Positions 20,990-30,238 of a stretch of 64,000 nt of DNA are shown piece after piece. A model generated the notes under the pieces. The model did no database searches, was not told the origin of the DNA, and was given only the letters and a program-made list of their open reading frames with translations. Location: the NCBI GenBank assembly GCA_964393975.1, contig CAYMVO010000003.1, positions 11,760 to 75,759 on the forward strand, in the 5' to 3' direction. The translations under genes and the position numbers were made by a program. Position 1 is the first letter of the stretch, and each line of letters starts with the position of its first letter. The stretch is from an uncultured Lachnospiraceae bacterium (GTDB lineage Bacteria > Bacillota > Clostridia > Christensenellales > UBA1242).

Positions 20990-22936
20990 ATGAACGAAAA
21001 AGATATGGCAGTTAAAACTGCTAAAAATGAAATTAATAAAAATAATGAAGAAAAATTAAAATCACGACCTCAAAAGGCGCTATTTGAGATTGGCGATAAT
21101 GGGTTTAAAGAAGTTGAGGCAACTAATAAAAAACCTATGAGGACTAAAAGAGTCTCTAGTGATAAGGTGGAGGAGGTAGACGCTAATATTATTGATTTAG
21201 CCAAACAAGTACCTAAAAAGCGAAGAGTAAACGAACTAAAGGTAATAAGCGAATTGGAAGATGAGATTATAGCGAAAAATCATACACAAAAAAATAAAAA
21301 GTTAAAAGTCGTGTTTTTAGGTGGCGTTGGCGAAATTGGTAAAAATATGACCGCTTTGGAATACGAAGATGATATCATTGTAATTGATGCGGGGCTTACC
21401 TTTCCTGATGTTGAGATGCCTGGTATTGACGTCGTTGTGCCAGATATCACATATTTACTTTGCAACAAAGAAAAAATCAGAGGTTTCTTGATTACTCACG
21501 GACACGAGGACCACATAGGCGGGTTGCCTTATGTCTTGAATGAAATCAATGCACCTATGTTTGGTAGTCGTATGACAATGGCTATTGCCGAAAATAAATT
21601 AAAAGAGCACCCTAGAATTAAATACAGTGCAAATTCGGTCAAAGCTGGTCAAAAGGTCAAATTGGGTTGTTTTGAGGTGGAGTTTATACACGTAAACCAC
21701 TCTATAGCAGGTTCTATGGCACTCAGTATAAAGACTCCTGTGGGGCAAGTCGTTCATACGGGTGACTTTAAGATAGACTTTTGTCCTATCAATGATGATG
21801 TGACGGATATGACTAGGTTCGCCGAGATAGGTAGAAAGGGCGTGCAATTATTATTATGCGAATCGACTAACGTTGAGCGTAGTGGCTATAGTATGAGTGA
21901 GTCTACTGTAAAGGAGACTTTGGATAGACTATATGAGCAATACAAAGACAAGCGATTGATTATTGCGACTTTTGCTTCAAACACTTATAGACTGCAAGAG
22001 ATATTAGATTTGGCTAAAAAATACAATAGAAAAGTCGCTTTTAGTGGTCGTTCAATGGTGAATATCACCGAAACCGCTATGAAGGTTGGTGAATTGAAGT
22101 TTGATAAGGATATCTTTATTGATATAGAAAGGGTGAATAATTACAAATCTAGTGAGGTCGTAATCGTTAGCACGGGTAGTCAGGGCGAACCTATGAGCGC
22201 TTTGTCTAGAATGGCGAATGATGATTTTCCTAAAATCACAATCAACGAGAATGACTGCGTGATTTTGTCATCTTCACCTATTCCTGGAAACGAGAGTTTT
22301 GTGTATAGGGTAATAAATAAATTGTATCAAAAAGGCGCTATGGTTATTTATCACGAACTTGCATCCGTTCACGTGTCAGGACACGCTTGTCAAGAAGAAC
22401 TTCGCACTTTGCACGCTTTGATAAAGCCAAAATTCTTTATCCCTGTGCACGGCGAATATAGGCATTTAAAATTGCATCAAAAGCTCGCAATTAGTATGGG
22501 TGTCCCTGAAAGAAATACTATGATTGCTGATTTGGGCAATGTTATTGAAATAGGTCCAAATAGTATCACTAAAGCTCCTGATGTCACCTCGGGTAAGAGA
22601 TTAGTGGACGGTTATGGCGTCGGTGATATGGAGAGTGTCGTTCTTCGTGATAGAAAACAACTTGGCGAAGATGGTGTTTGTGTCGCTATGGTGTATGTGA
22701 ATAGTATGGGTAAATTGTCTCGCAAACCTGAGCTTATGAGTCGTGGTTTTGTGTATAATGATGAGCAAAACGAAGTGGTGTCTGAGGCAAAATTATTCCT
22801 AAAAGAAGCACTAGAAAACACTGATTTGAAAGAAATGGATAAACCTTTAATCAAACAATTAGTCAAAAAGACTCTAACAAACTTTTTCTTTAAAAAGACA
22901 AAGAGAAGACCTTTGATATTGACAATTATTCAATAA
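20990..22936 (+). CDS. rnj: Ribonuclease J with long Lys-rich N-terminal extension
   Basis: LGGVGEIGKNM, THGHEDHIG, HTGDFK, STGSQGEP, HVSGHA, PVHGEYRH. Confidence 0.96.
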   Translation: MNEKDMAVKTAKNEINKNNEEKLKSRPQKALFEIGDNGFKEVEATNKKPMRTKRVSSDKVEEVDANIIDLAKQVPKKRRVNELKVISELEDEIIAKNHTQKNKKLKVVFLGGVGEIGKNMTALEYEDDIIVIDAGLTFPDVEMPGIDVVVPDITYLLCNKEKIRGFLITHGHEDHIGGLPYVLNEINAPMFGSRMTMAIAENKLKEHPRIKYSANSVKAGQKVKLGCFEVEFIHVNHSIAGSMALSIKTPVGQVVHTGDFKIDFCPINDDVTDMTRFAEIGRKGVQLLLCESTNVERSGYSMSESTVKETLDRLYEQYKDKRLIIATFASNTYRLQEILDLAKKYNRKVAFSGRSMVNITETAMKVGELKFDKDIFIDIERVNNYKSSEVVIVSTGSQGEPMSALSRMANDDFPKITINENDCVILSSSPIPGNESFVYRVINKLYQKGAMVIYHELASVHVSGHACQEELRTLHALIKPKFFIPVHGEYRHLKLHQKLAISMGVPERNTMIADLGNVIEIGPNSITKAPDVTSGKRLVDGYGVGDMESVVLRDRKQLGEDGVCVAMVYVNSMGKLSRKPELMSRGFVYNDEQNEVVSEAKLFLKEALENTDLKEMDKPLIKQLVKKTLTNFFFKKTKRRPLILTIIQ

Positions 22937-23037
22937 GACAAACTTTTTTAAAAATTTGAGACTTTGAAATCGTAAAAAATAGTTTACAATTTATCAAAAA
23001 AGTTATATAATGATAAAAACTATAGAGGAGATATTGT

Positions 23038-23640
23038 ATGAGTATTAAGAGATTTAATGGCGTTAATATCAATGAACCATATACTGAGTATGAAAGTTTT
23101 TCTAATGAGTGTGTAGATGACTTAGCGAGCGTAGCTGAAGATGTTGGTGCTTTATCATCTATATGTTATAAAAATAAATTAGCATACGATAGAGTGTATA
23201 AAAAGTTTAAAAAATCACATCCGAAAGAGACTGCGAAATATGATAAGTCTTTTGAGGAGTTGCGTGCCAATATCGCCGATAGAAGTTTGAAGACTAAGAG
23301 AAAGATTAAAGTTATTAGTGCAAATAGCGATCTAGGTGCTTTGGTGGAAATATTAAATTCTGCATCAAATTATGTGCTTGAGCTAACAGATAATATTATT
23401 ACTGATATGTTATCTTTAGGAGGTAGCACCAAAGGCAAAAAGGATGTAAATTCATTTATGACTAATTATTTAAACGCTGTTAAGCATTTTAATACCGCTC
23501 GTAATTGGATGAATACATTGACTGCCACGATTGGAAATGCTTATGAATTAAAAAATACAGTCAAAAATACGAAAGTAACTAAAAAGCTTGAAAGACCTAC
23601 AAAATCAAAATCAAAGTCTTTTAGTCTAATGAGTAGATAG
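23038..23640 (+). CDS. Hypothetical helical protein
   Basis: 200-aa ORF with RBS GAGGAG; no recognised motif. Confidence 0.75.
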   Translation: MSIKRFNGVNINEPYTEYESFSNECVDDLASVAEDVGALSSICYKNKLAYDRVYKKFKKSHPKETAKYDKSFEELRANIADRSLKTKRKIKVISANSDLGALVEILNSASNYVLELTDNIITDMLSLGGSTKGKKDVNSFMTNYLNAVKHFNTARNWMNTLTATIGNAYELKNTVKNTKVTKKLERPTKSKSKSFSLMSR

Positions 23641-23724
23641 TTTGTGATATAAAAGTTGCATTTATGCGACTTTTTTTGTGTGTTTCTAGCAATTCTTTCA
23701 AGTCGATAATTATTATTTACATTA

Positions 23725-23790
23725 TTCGACAAAATTAGCGATAAAAATACAAAATCTTCACTTGAATTGTATCAATTTAATAGCTATAAT
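23725..23790 (+). promoter_or_regulatory. SigA-type promoter with upstream Spo0A-box match
   Basis: TTGAAT (23762-67), 17 nt, TATAAT (23785-90); TTCGACA at 23725-31 is the reverse complement of the 0A box TGTCGAA. Confidence 0.55.
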
Positions 23791-23820
23791 AAGGGTAATA
23801 CATAAAAGGAGGAAAGATTT

Positions 23821-23955
23821 ATGAAGTACAAAATTGTGGAAGCACTCGCAGTCGCTTTAAAGTCTGAGGTGCAAAATGAAATCATAGTGCAAGATGATTG
23901 CATTGTAGTAAAATTAAGTGGCGATAAACAAGTCGTTATCAAAGTACAAGAATAA
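23821..23955 (+). CDS. 44-aa microprotein (not in ORF track): MKYKIVEALAVALKSEVQNEIIVQDDCIVVKLSGDKQVVIKVQE
   Basis: Strong RBS AGGAGG 8 nt before ATG; promoter upstream; similar to the next ORF. Confidence 0.72.
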   Translation: MKYKIVEALAVALKSEVQNEIIVQDDCIVVKLSGDKQVVIKVQE

Positions 23956-23968
23956 AGGAGATGAAAGA

Positions 23969-24127
23969 ATGAAAAACGATTTAAGAAAAGAATTAAAAAC
24001 AAAAGAAGAAGTAATGGAGTATCTTGTCGATGCAATTGATACTTTTTTGGAGGATGAAATATCCAAAAACATTAAGATAGAAATGTGTGGTGATGACATT
24101 TGTATCAGTTTAAATAGAGAGGACTAA
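23969..24127 (+). CDS. 52-aa acidic microprotein: MKNDLRKELKTKEEVMEYLVDAIDTFLEDEISKNIKIEMCGDDICISLNRED
   Basis: RBS AAGGAG overlapping the previous stop; paralogous pattern to 23821-23955. Confidence 0.7.
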   Translation: MKNDLRKELKTKEEVMEYLVDAIDTFLEDEISKNIKIEMCGDDICISLNRED

Positions 24128-24141
24128 AAAATTAAATTTTA

Positions 24142-24170
24142 TCATATTGTTTTTTGATGACGCATAATAT
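24142..24170 (+). promoter_or_regulatory. SigE-type promoter of spoIVA
   Basis: TCATATT, 14-nt spacer, CATAATAT; matches the sigma-E consensus, and spoIVA is sigma-E controlled in B. subtilis. Confidence 0.65.
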
Positions 24171-24195
24171 ATATCAAATTAGATTCGGAGGTTTT

Positions 24196-25674
24196 ATGAA
24201 ACAGTTTGAAGTTTATGAAGACATCGCCGAGAGAACTAACGGTGATATCTATGTTGGCGTTGTCGGTCCTGTTAGGTGTGGCAAGTCTACATTTATAACA
24301 AGGTTTATGAAGTTATTAGTTCTACCTAATATCACTAATAAGTATAGTTTGGAGCGTGCAAAAGATGAGTTGCCTCAAGCGGGAGATGGTAAAACTGTTA
24401 TGACTACACAACCTAAATTTGTACCTAATGAGTCGGTGAAAATCACCGTCAAAGATAAAGTCTCTCTCAATGTGAGAATGATTGACTGTGTAGGGTATTT
24501 GGTGAGTGGGGCGTTAGGACAAAAGGAGGGCGAAAAGCCTAGACTAGTAAAGACTCCGTGGAGTGATACGGAGATGTCTTTTGAGGAGGCGGCGCAAATA
24601 GGTACGACAAAGGTTATTGAGGAGCATAGCACAATAGCAGTGCTTATGACTACGGATGGCACTGTTACGGATATCCCGAGAGAGAGCTACATAGAGGCGG
24701 AGGAAAAGGTCGCTTGTAGACTCGCAAAAGCAAACAAACCTTTTGTAATTGTACTAAACACAAACGAACCAAATACTAATAAGTGTAAAACGCTGGTAGC
24801 AGAACTTGAAGAAAAATACAATGCTCCTGTCATTGCTTTAGATGTGGAGTCAATGAATGAGGATGATATTGATAACATTTTTGAAAAGATGCTTACACAG
24901 TTTCCGCTTGTCAGTATAAAGGTAAAATTACCTAGTTGGCTAGAGACGTTACCATTTGATAACGAACTTATCCAAGAGATTACCGCCGAGGTGAGTCGTA
25001 TGGCGGATGGAGTAAAGAAGATAGGCGAGGTCAAGAGTGATAATGTGCTTTTTATGGATAGTGATAAATTTGAGCCTTTGGTGGTGCAAAATATTGATTT
25101 GGGCGAAGGTAAAATAGTATTTGTAGTCACTCCAAAGCCGAACCTATTTTATAGTGTGCTTAGTAATGAGTGCGGAATGGAAATACGAGATGATTCGCAT
25201 TTGATGGGGTGTTTGAAGCAACTCACTCACGCGAAAAATGAGTACGACAAGCTAAAATTGGCACTAGCTGATGTCGGTGAGACTGGTTACGGTGTGGTTT
25301 ATCCAAATCTTGATGAGATGAAGTTGGAGGAACCGCAAGTCGTAAAGCAAGGTAACAGATCGGCAATAAGACTCAAAGCTAGTGCGCCGAGTCTACATAT
25401 CATACGTGTGGATGTCGAGACCGAAATAAATCCTATTGTGGGGAGTGAAGTGCAAAGTGATGAGCTTATGAAAAACTTGCTTAGTGAGTATGAGTCTAAC
25501 CCTTTGGGGTTATGGCAAACAAATATGTTTGGAAAGTCATTACACGAACTCGTAAAGGAGGGGTTGACCTCAAAACTAAATGCTATGCCTATTGATGTCC
25601 AAAAGAAAATGCGAAAGACTTTGTCTCGTGTCGTGAATGAAGGGCGAGGTGGAGTCATTTGTATACTTTTGTGA
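24196..25674 (+). CDS. spoIVA: Stage IV sporulation protein A
   Basis: DIAERTNGDIYVGVVGPVRCGKSTFI, ELPQAG, MTTQPKFVP, APSLHIIR, NEGRGGVICILL. Confidence 0.97.
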   Translation: MKQFEVYEDIAERTNGDIYVGVVGPVRCGKSTFITRFMKLLVLPNITNKYSLERAKDELPQAGDGKTVMTTQPKFVPNESVKITVKDKVSLNVRMIDCVGYLVSGALGQKEGEKPRLVKTPWSDTEMSFEEAAQIGTTKVIEEHSTIAVLMTTDGTVTDIPRESYIEAEEKVACRLAKANKPFVIVLNTNEPNTNKCKTLVAELEEKYNAPVIALDVESMNEDDIDNIFEKMLTQFPLVSIKVKLPSWLETLPFDNELIQEITAEVSRMADGVKKIGEVKSDNVLFMDSDKFEPLVVQNIDLGEGKIVFVVTPKPNLFYSVLSNECGMEIRDDSHLMGCLKQLTHAKNEYDKLKLALADVGETGYGVVYPNLDEMKLEEPQVVKQGNRSAIRLKASAPSLHIIRVDVETEINPIVGSEVQSDELMKNLLSEYESNPLGLWQTNMFGKSLHELVKEGLTSKLNAMPIDVQKKMRKTLSRVVNEGRGGVICILL

Positions 25675-25889
25675 GTGTATACATAAATAATCTTGAGTGG
25701 CATAGCAAATTTAATAGAATATTATCCTTATCGGATAATTTTGCGTGAAACTCGTTAAAAAAATGTGGTTTGATTTTATGTCAAAATTTGATAATACAAT
25801 CACAATATTTTCTCTTATATTTAAAAAAATAATAAATCTAATCAATTAAAATAGGAACTTTATTGGTAAAATGAAGTCCCTTTTTTTAT

Positions 25890-26097
25890 CCTAAGTCGTA
25901 AGGTAAGCGTCATATAAATATCACACTCAAACCGCTTTTACGGCTCTCTAGCACTGGTGTCGACGCATATTTTTGTAAAAAATTTATGGCTCAGGAGGAC
26001 ATAGGGTGAGTATTTGAGGTCGTGCCCTGAGCATTTTTAGTGGTTTTCGGCGTTAGTGCCGACTGCATGCTTATAACATAAGGTGGGCTTTTTTTTA
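25890..26097 (+). ncRNA. Candidate structured ncRNA (6S-like architecture)
   Basis: Nested helices 25904-10/26067-73, 25929-36/26039-46 and 25989-95/26026-32, 3' hairpin 26047-62, ends in GGGC-T7; no ORF. Boundaries approximate. Confidence 0.4.
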
Positions 26098-26150
26098 TAA
26101 ATATAGCTCAATAAAAAAGTATATTGATAGAGAGTATGCTATCTTAAAAA

Positions 26151-26300
26151 GCGTACGCGTAGTGAAGACTAGCGCAAGGCATTGTGTAACAACGCGGTTT
26201 GCGGTCCTATGGTCTAATATCTTACTCTAATAAAACATATCCTTTTTATATATGCGTATTTTGCACCTGTGGCATTATAGCTAGGCGGGACCGCTTTTTT
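26151..26300 (+). ncRNA. Second candidate structured element
   Basis: CGCGT/ACGCG stem enclosing a TAGT-GAAG-ACTA hairpin; GCGGTCC (26201-07) pairs with GGACCGC (26288-94), followed by T6. Confidence 0.25.
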
Positions 26301-26475
26301 CTATCTTTGTAATGGATATTTATCGTTTTAAAGAGTGTTAATCTCAAAGGAGATATTTCTGATATCTTTTTTTAAATAAGTATTGCTTTTTTGTAAAATA
26401 ATGTTATAATATAAAATGTAAGCAATATAAATGGCTTGCGTTATTTATATTGTAATTTATAAAATGGAGTGTGAA

Positions 26476-27780
26476 ATGGAGAACACTAGAGATGAGCTTT
26501 TAAAGTTTGGAATTTATCAACTTAGAACGATTGGTCGTGAGGTCGGTGTAAAATTGCCTACAACATACAATAAAAATGACCTTATTAATGAAATATTGAG
26601 CGTAACAAGTGGTGAGAAAGAGCCGTATTTTAAACAAACTAAAAAAGGTAGACCGCCAAAAGAGATAAAGCAAGAAATTTTTGATAAAAGCAATCAAAAA
26701 TTAAGCGATTATTTGAGAGTTAGTAGAGAGGAACTGTTTTATCTAAATGACAACTCTAGAGACTATGAGTCAAAAGAGGAGATTGATATTAACGGACTAC
26801 TATTGACTTGTGATGATTACAAGGTCATTGTCCCTTGCAAATGGTCGGGTAATTTTTGTTTTGTTACTGAAAATAGCGTATCAGTTTATAATCTAAAAGA
26901 GGGTGATTATATTGTCGGTAAAGCGAAAATCAAACTTTCGTGCAATAGATGTGTCTTGACGCAGGTTATATCGGTAAATGGGCAAAGCTTTGTGGACGAG
27001 TCAAAGCAAGACATAGATAATACTTTGAGTGTGATTGAAAGTCCGCTCTTAAGTGACGCCGAAAATGTTTTTATCAAGTCTATTTGTCCTATGGAGCCGA
27101 GAGACAGGGTGTTAGCGGTCGCGGAAAATAAAAAATCACTTTTTATAGGTATGTATTCACTTGTCAAAAATTTGGTCGCAAATCCTAATAACAAAGTGGT
27201 TTGTATACTGACAAATTGTAATTTTGAAGAGATAAACGTCTTTGGAGCTATCGAGGGACTTACTTTGATAGCGTCCGCTTTTGATGTCGAGGACTCGTGT
27301 CAATTAGGTCAGTATGAATTGGCACTAAAACATATAAATAGGTTGTGCGAGGAGTCTGACAAAAATATTATTGAGGTGATTGTAGATTTGGGTGCTGTTA
27401 TAGGCGTTTATAATCATACTCAAGAGGCAAATCAGACATTTTACAAACTAAAAACAAACTTTTCGTCTGCAAAAAAATTAAAAAATTCATTGACAATTAT
27501 ATATGGTTTGGTGTACAATACTAGTGGTTATAGTGAGCTAGATGGATTGGAAAATCTAAAGATTACTTTTCCTAATGATGAGTATTCTAGAGATTTCAAG
27601 TTTAAGATTGATATTCTTCACACTGAGAGGAGTGGATTTTTTGAGGTCAAAGATTTGCTTCGTACTAAAATTGATTCGTTTGTAAAGAGTGGCGAATATG
27701 AAGAGCGACATCTAGAGCTGGAAAGACTAGTGGAGTCTTGCAGTGTAGGGCAAGATCTAATAGAAAGACTAAAAATGTAA
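26476..27780 (+). CDS. Highly divergent Rho-like protein with degenerate ATPase motifs
   Basis: Rho N-terminal domain (QLRTIGREVGV...KNDLINEIL), OB RNA-binding segment (LKEGDYIVG...VISVNG), RecA-like core collinear with Rho (IASAFD, SLTIIY, IDIL), but no GKT Walker A. Confidence 0.72.
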   Translation: MENTRDELLKFGIYQLRTIGREVGVKLPTTYNKNDLINEILSVTSGEKEPYFKQTKKGRPPKEIKQEIFDKSNQKLSDYLRVSREELFYLNDNSRDYESKEEIDINGLLLTCDDYKVIVPCKWSGNFCFVTENSVSVYNLKEGDYIVGKAKIKLSCNRCVLTQVISVNGQSFVDESKQDIDNTLSVIESPLLSDAENVFIKSICPMEPRDRVLAVAENKKSLFIGMYSLVKNLVANPNNKVVCILTNCNFEEINVFGAIEGLTLIASAFDVEDSCQLGQYELALKHINRLCEESDKNIIEVIVDLGAVIGVYNHTQEANQTFYKLKTNFSSAKKLKNSLTIIYGLVYNTSGYSELDGLENLKITFPNDEYSRDFKFKIDILHTERSGFFEVKDLLRTKIDSFVKSGEYEERHLELERLVESCSVGQDLIERLKM

Positions 27781-27794
27781 GGAGTTTAGAGATT

Positions 27795-27992
27795 ATGTTA
27801 TTTGAGCCACCAGTGGAGAAAATGGTAGAAAAAGTTGGTAATGGTTACTTGCTAGCAAATTTAATGGCAAAAAGAGGTAAGATGTTGTATCAACATCCAA
27901 CAGATGAGCTATCTTCTGGTAAAAAGACTGAGCTTCAAGTCGCTGCCGAAGAGATTTATTCGGGCAAAGTTTCTATAGAACCAAAAGATTAG
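27795..27992 (+). CDS. rpoZ: RNA polymerase omega subunit
   Basis: 65 aa; PPVEKMVEKVGNGYLLANLMAKRG...LQVAAEEIYSGKV matches the omega pattern (Y.L....AKRA...AL.EI..GK). Confidence 0.8.
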   Translation: MLFEPPVEKMVEKVGNGYLLANLMAKRGKMLYQHPTDELSSGKKTELQVAAEEIYSGKVSIEPKD

Positions 27993-28014
27993 ATCATATT
28001 AGGAGGGTGCAACT

Positions 28015-28641
28015 ATGGACTTTATGAATGATTTTTGCGATGACGCTAAGATTTTGAGAACTAGGAAAAATAAATTGAGTCCTTTTTTGTCAGTATTGCT
28101 ATATTGTTTTGGACGATTGGGTGCGGGGGTGTTGGTACCTATTGTTATATTTACCTTTATGACTGCGACCGTTGTGTTTTACGGGTTTGATAGTCCTAAT
28201 CGTTTTGAGTATTGGTATGGTATTATCATTGTGCTAGTGACTGTTGTTTTGAGTTTGCTAGTGATAATTGGTGTGAGGTCTTTGTACAAAAAGAGTAAAG
28301 GTACCGCGAGACTTGTTTTTGCGTTGCAATCTGTTTCCGATGCTTTGAGGTTTGAGAGCAAGGAGATAGATAGAGCGTTGAGGCGTTTTGATAGAGCAAA
28401 GACTAATATTGATAAGGTCTACGCCCTTAACTATATATATTTGACAAATGAGGAATTACTCGGTGAGATAGATAGTCATTTGAAAGATTTTACACAGTTA
28501 AAGGATACACCGAAAAATCGTGAAGTGTATGAGGTCTTGGTTGCGTTAGCTGAAAAAGTTGAGGTGTACAAGGCAAAATGTGAGGCAAATAGAATGGCGT
28601 TTATTGATGTAAACAATTTGAACGCGTCAAGTGGGGAGTGA
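28015..28641 (+). CDS. Hypothetical protein, 2 TM plus cytoplasmic helical domain
   Basis: RBS GGAGG; two hydrophobic helices in the N-terminal half. Confidence 0.75.
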   Translation: MDFMNDFCDDAKILRTRKNKLSPFLSVLLYCFGRLGAGVLVPIVIFTFMTATVVFYGFDSPNRFEYWYGIIIVLVTVVLSLLVIIGVRSLYKKSKGTARLVFALQSVSDALRFESKEIDRALRRFDRAKTNIDKVYALNYIYLTNEELLGEIDSHLKDFTQLKDTPKNREVYEVLVALAEKVEVYKAKCEANRMAFIDVNNLNASSGE

Positions 28642-28763
28642 GCCAAATGGCTCGCTTTTTGCTAAAAAATAGAAAAATTAGGACTTTATTTTGATTTGAG
28701 TATTGACATATTTGAGTAAATAATATATACTATTTATTAGTTATGTACAAGGTTGGTGAGTGT

Positions 28764-29597
28764 ATGGCTTATAACGATTTAGGTTTTAGAGAATTTGATT
28801 TAGATAGGATTATAAGAGCAGTTAATAATGAAAAGAATGAGTATAATTGGTTTCAAAGGGCGTATGACAACTTTGCATATTCGCTTAGGGGCGTTGTAGC
28901 AGGTGGTTTGCGTTCTGCTACGGGGTTTATAGTGACTGCGCTTGCGTTGAATTATGTGATACCAGTGTCTGAGCCTGTTGGTATTGCTTTTGGTGTGGGT
29001 GTTGCGAGCTCTATTGTTCCGCCAGTTGTTAATACTAAGTTGAATAAACATAGGTCTATAAATTATCACCATATTCTTAGTGCGATTAGGTATTTTAAAG
29101 AGGACTTGCAAGCGTCTAAGACTGTTATGAAAAAGCTAGAAAAGAGTCTTATAAATGTCGTCGAAAAAGAAAGGAAAAAAGGTATTGATTTGTCAGAAGA
29201 AAAGCTTGATCTAATGCAAAGGTTTGCAGGGTGTCTCGGTGACTCTGTCAAGAAGTTTGACGCAAAATTATTGGAGCTAAATGAGCAATATGATGAGTCA
29301 GTCTGCGAAAAAGGTCTAAAAAAGAAGCATAAAAAGATGCACGATATTATAAAGTATATATCTGGTATACGTGACCATATAGATGATTTGTATGATGATG
29401 CGTGCTATGTTTGTAATGTGATAAGTGGTGAGTATACATACGATCCTGATTATACACGTGGCAATAAACTATTTCAATATATGGATGAAGAGCTCTATGA
29501 TGAGCAATTAAGAGAATACATTAGTCAAGGAAAAGATGTGATTACAAATTATGATTTTGATAGATATGACGGCAAGACAGCCGAAAGGAATATCTAA
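28764..29597 (+). CDS. Hypothetical protein with N-terminal hydrophobic hairpin and coiled coil
   Basis: ORF preceded by TTGACA-17-TATACT (28703-28731); alternative start at 28743. Confidence 0.7.
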   Translation: MAYNDLGFREFDLDRIIRAVNNEKNEYNWFQRAYDNFAYSLRGVVAGGLRSATGFIVTALALNYVIPVSEPVGIAFGVGVASSIVPPVVNTKLNKHRSINYHHILSAIRYFKEDLQASKTVMKKLEKSLINVVEKERKKGIDLSEEKLDLMQRFAGCLGDSVKKFDAKLLELNEQYDESVCEKGLKKKHKKMHDIIKYISGIRDHIDDLYDDACYVCNVISGEYTYDPDYTRGNKLFQYMDEELYDEQLREYISQGKDVITNYDFDRYDGKTAERNI

Positions 29598-29667
29598 TTA
29601 TAATGCTATACAAGAAAAGATCGTTGGTATAAAAATTTGTACCAACGGTCTTTTGTGTAATGATTAT

Positions 29668-30000
29668 TTAAAAAATATTTGATACACTAAGTTCTGTATA
29701 AGTTCTTTCAAAAGCAGATATCATAAGCACTATCATACATACCGATAATAGTACACCAATGATAGCACCTTTAATAGCCATTTTAGAATTTTTAGGTGCA
29801 TCTTTTCGCCACGCCAAGAAAAGAATAAAACCTATCAATGGAAAAAAGAAACCTAAAAACCCCCAACCGATACTACCCGTGTCCACTGCGTTTTTATCTG
29901 GATCGAATGAAGAGTTGCTATCTTCCTTTACCAATCTACCACAATGTAGACAAACATCAGCGTTATCATTTAGTAGACTACCACAATATTTACAATACAT
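29668..30000 (-). CDS. Zinc-ribbon plus membrane domain protein
   Basis: MYCKYCG...VCLHCG followed by TM helices (GWGFLGFFFPLIGFILFLAW). Confidence 0.85.
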   Translation of the reverse strand: MYCKYCGSLLNDNADVCLHCGRLVKEDSNSSFDPDKNAVDTGSIGWGFLGFFFPLIGFILFLAWRKDAPKNSKMAIKGAIIGVLLSVCMIVLMISAFERTYTELSVSNIF

Positions 30001-30238
30001 ACTAACTCCTTTAATAAACTAACATATTTTATGGTACTAATGATATCATAAAAATGACTAAATTGCAATATAATAATTTGTAGTTTTGTATTAAAATCAA
30101 AATCTAATAGCAAAAATTTATTTGCGTAATTTTTTTCGTTTGTTTGAGTGACCTATAACAGTACAAAATATGTGTAGTAGTCTAGTGGCGTATGGGACTA
30201 AAAAACTACAAGGTAGACAAAAGCCTTGTAGCTTTTTT

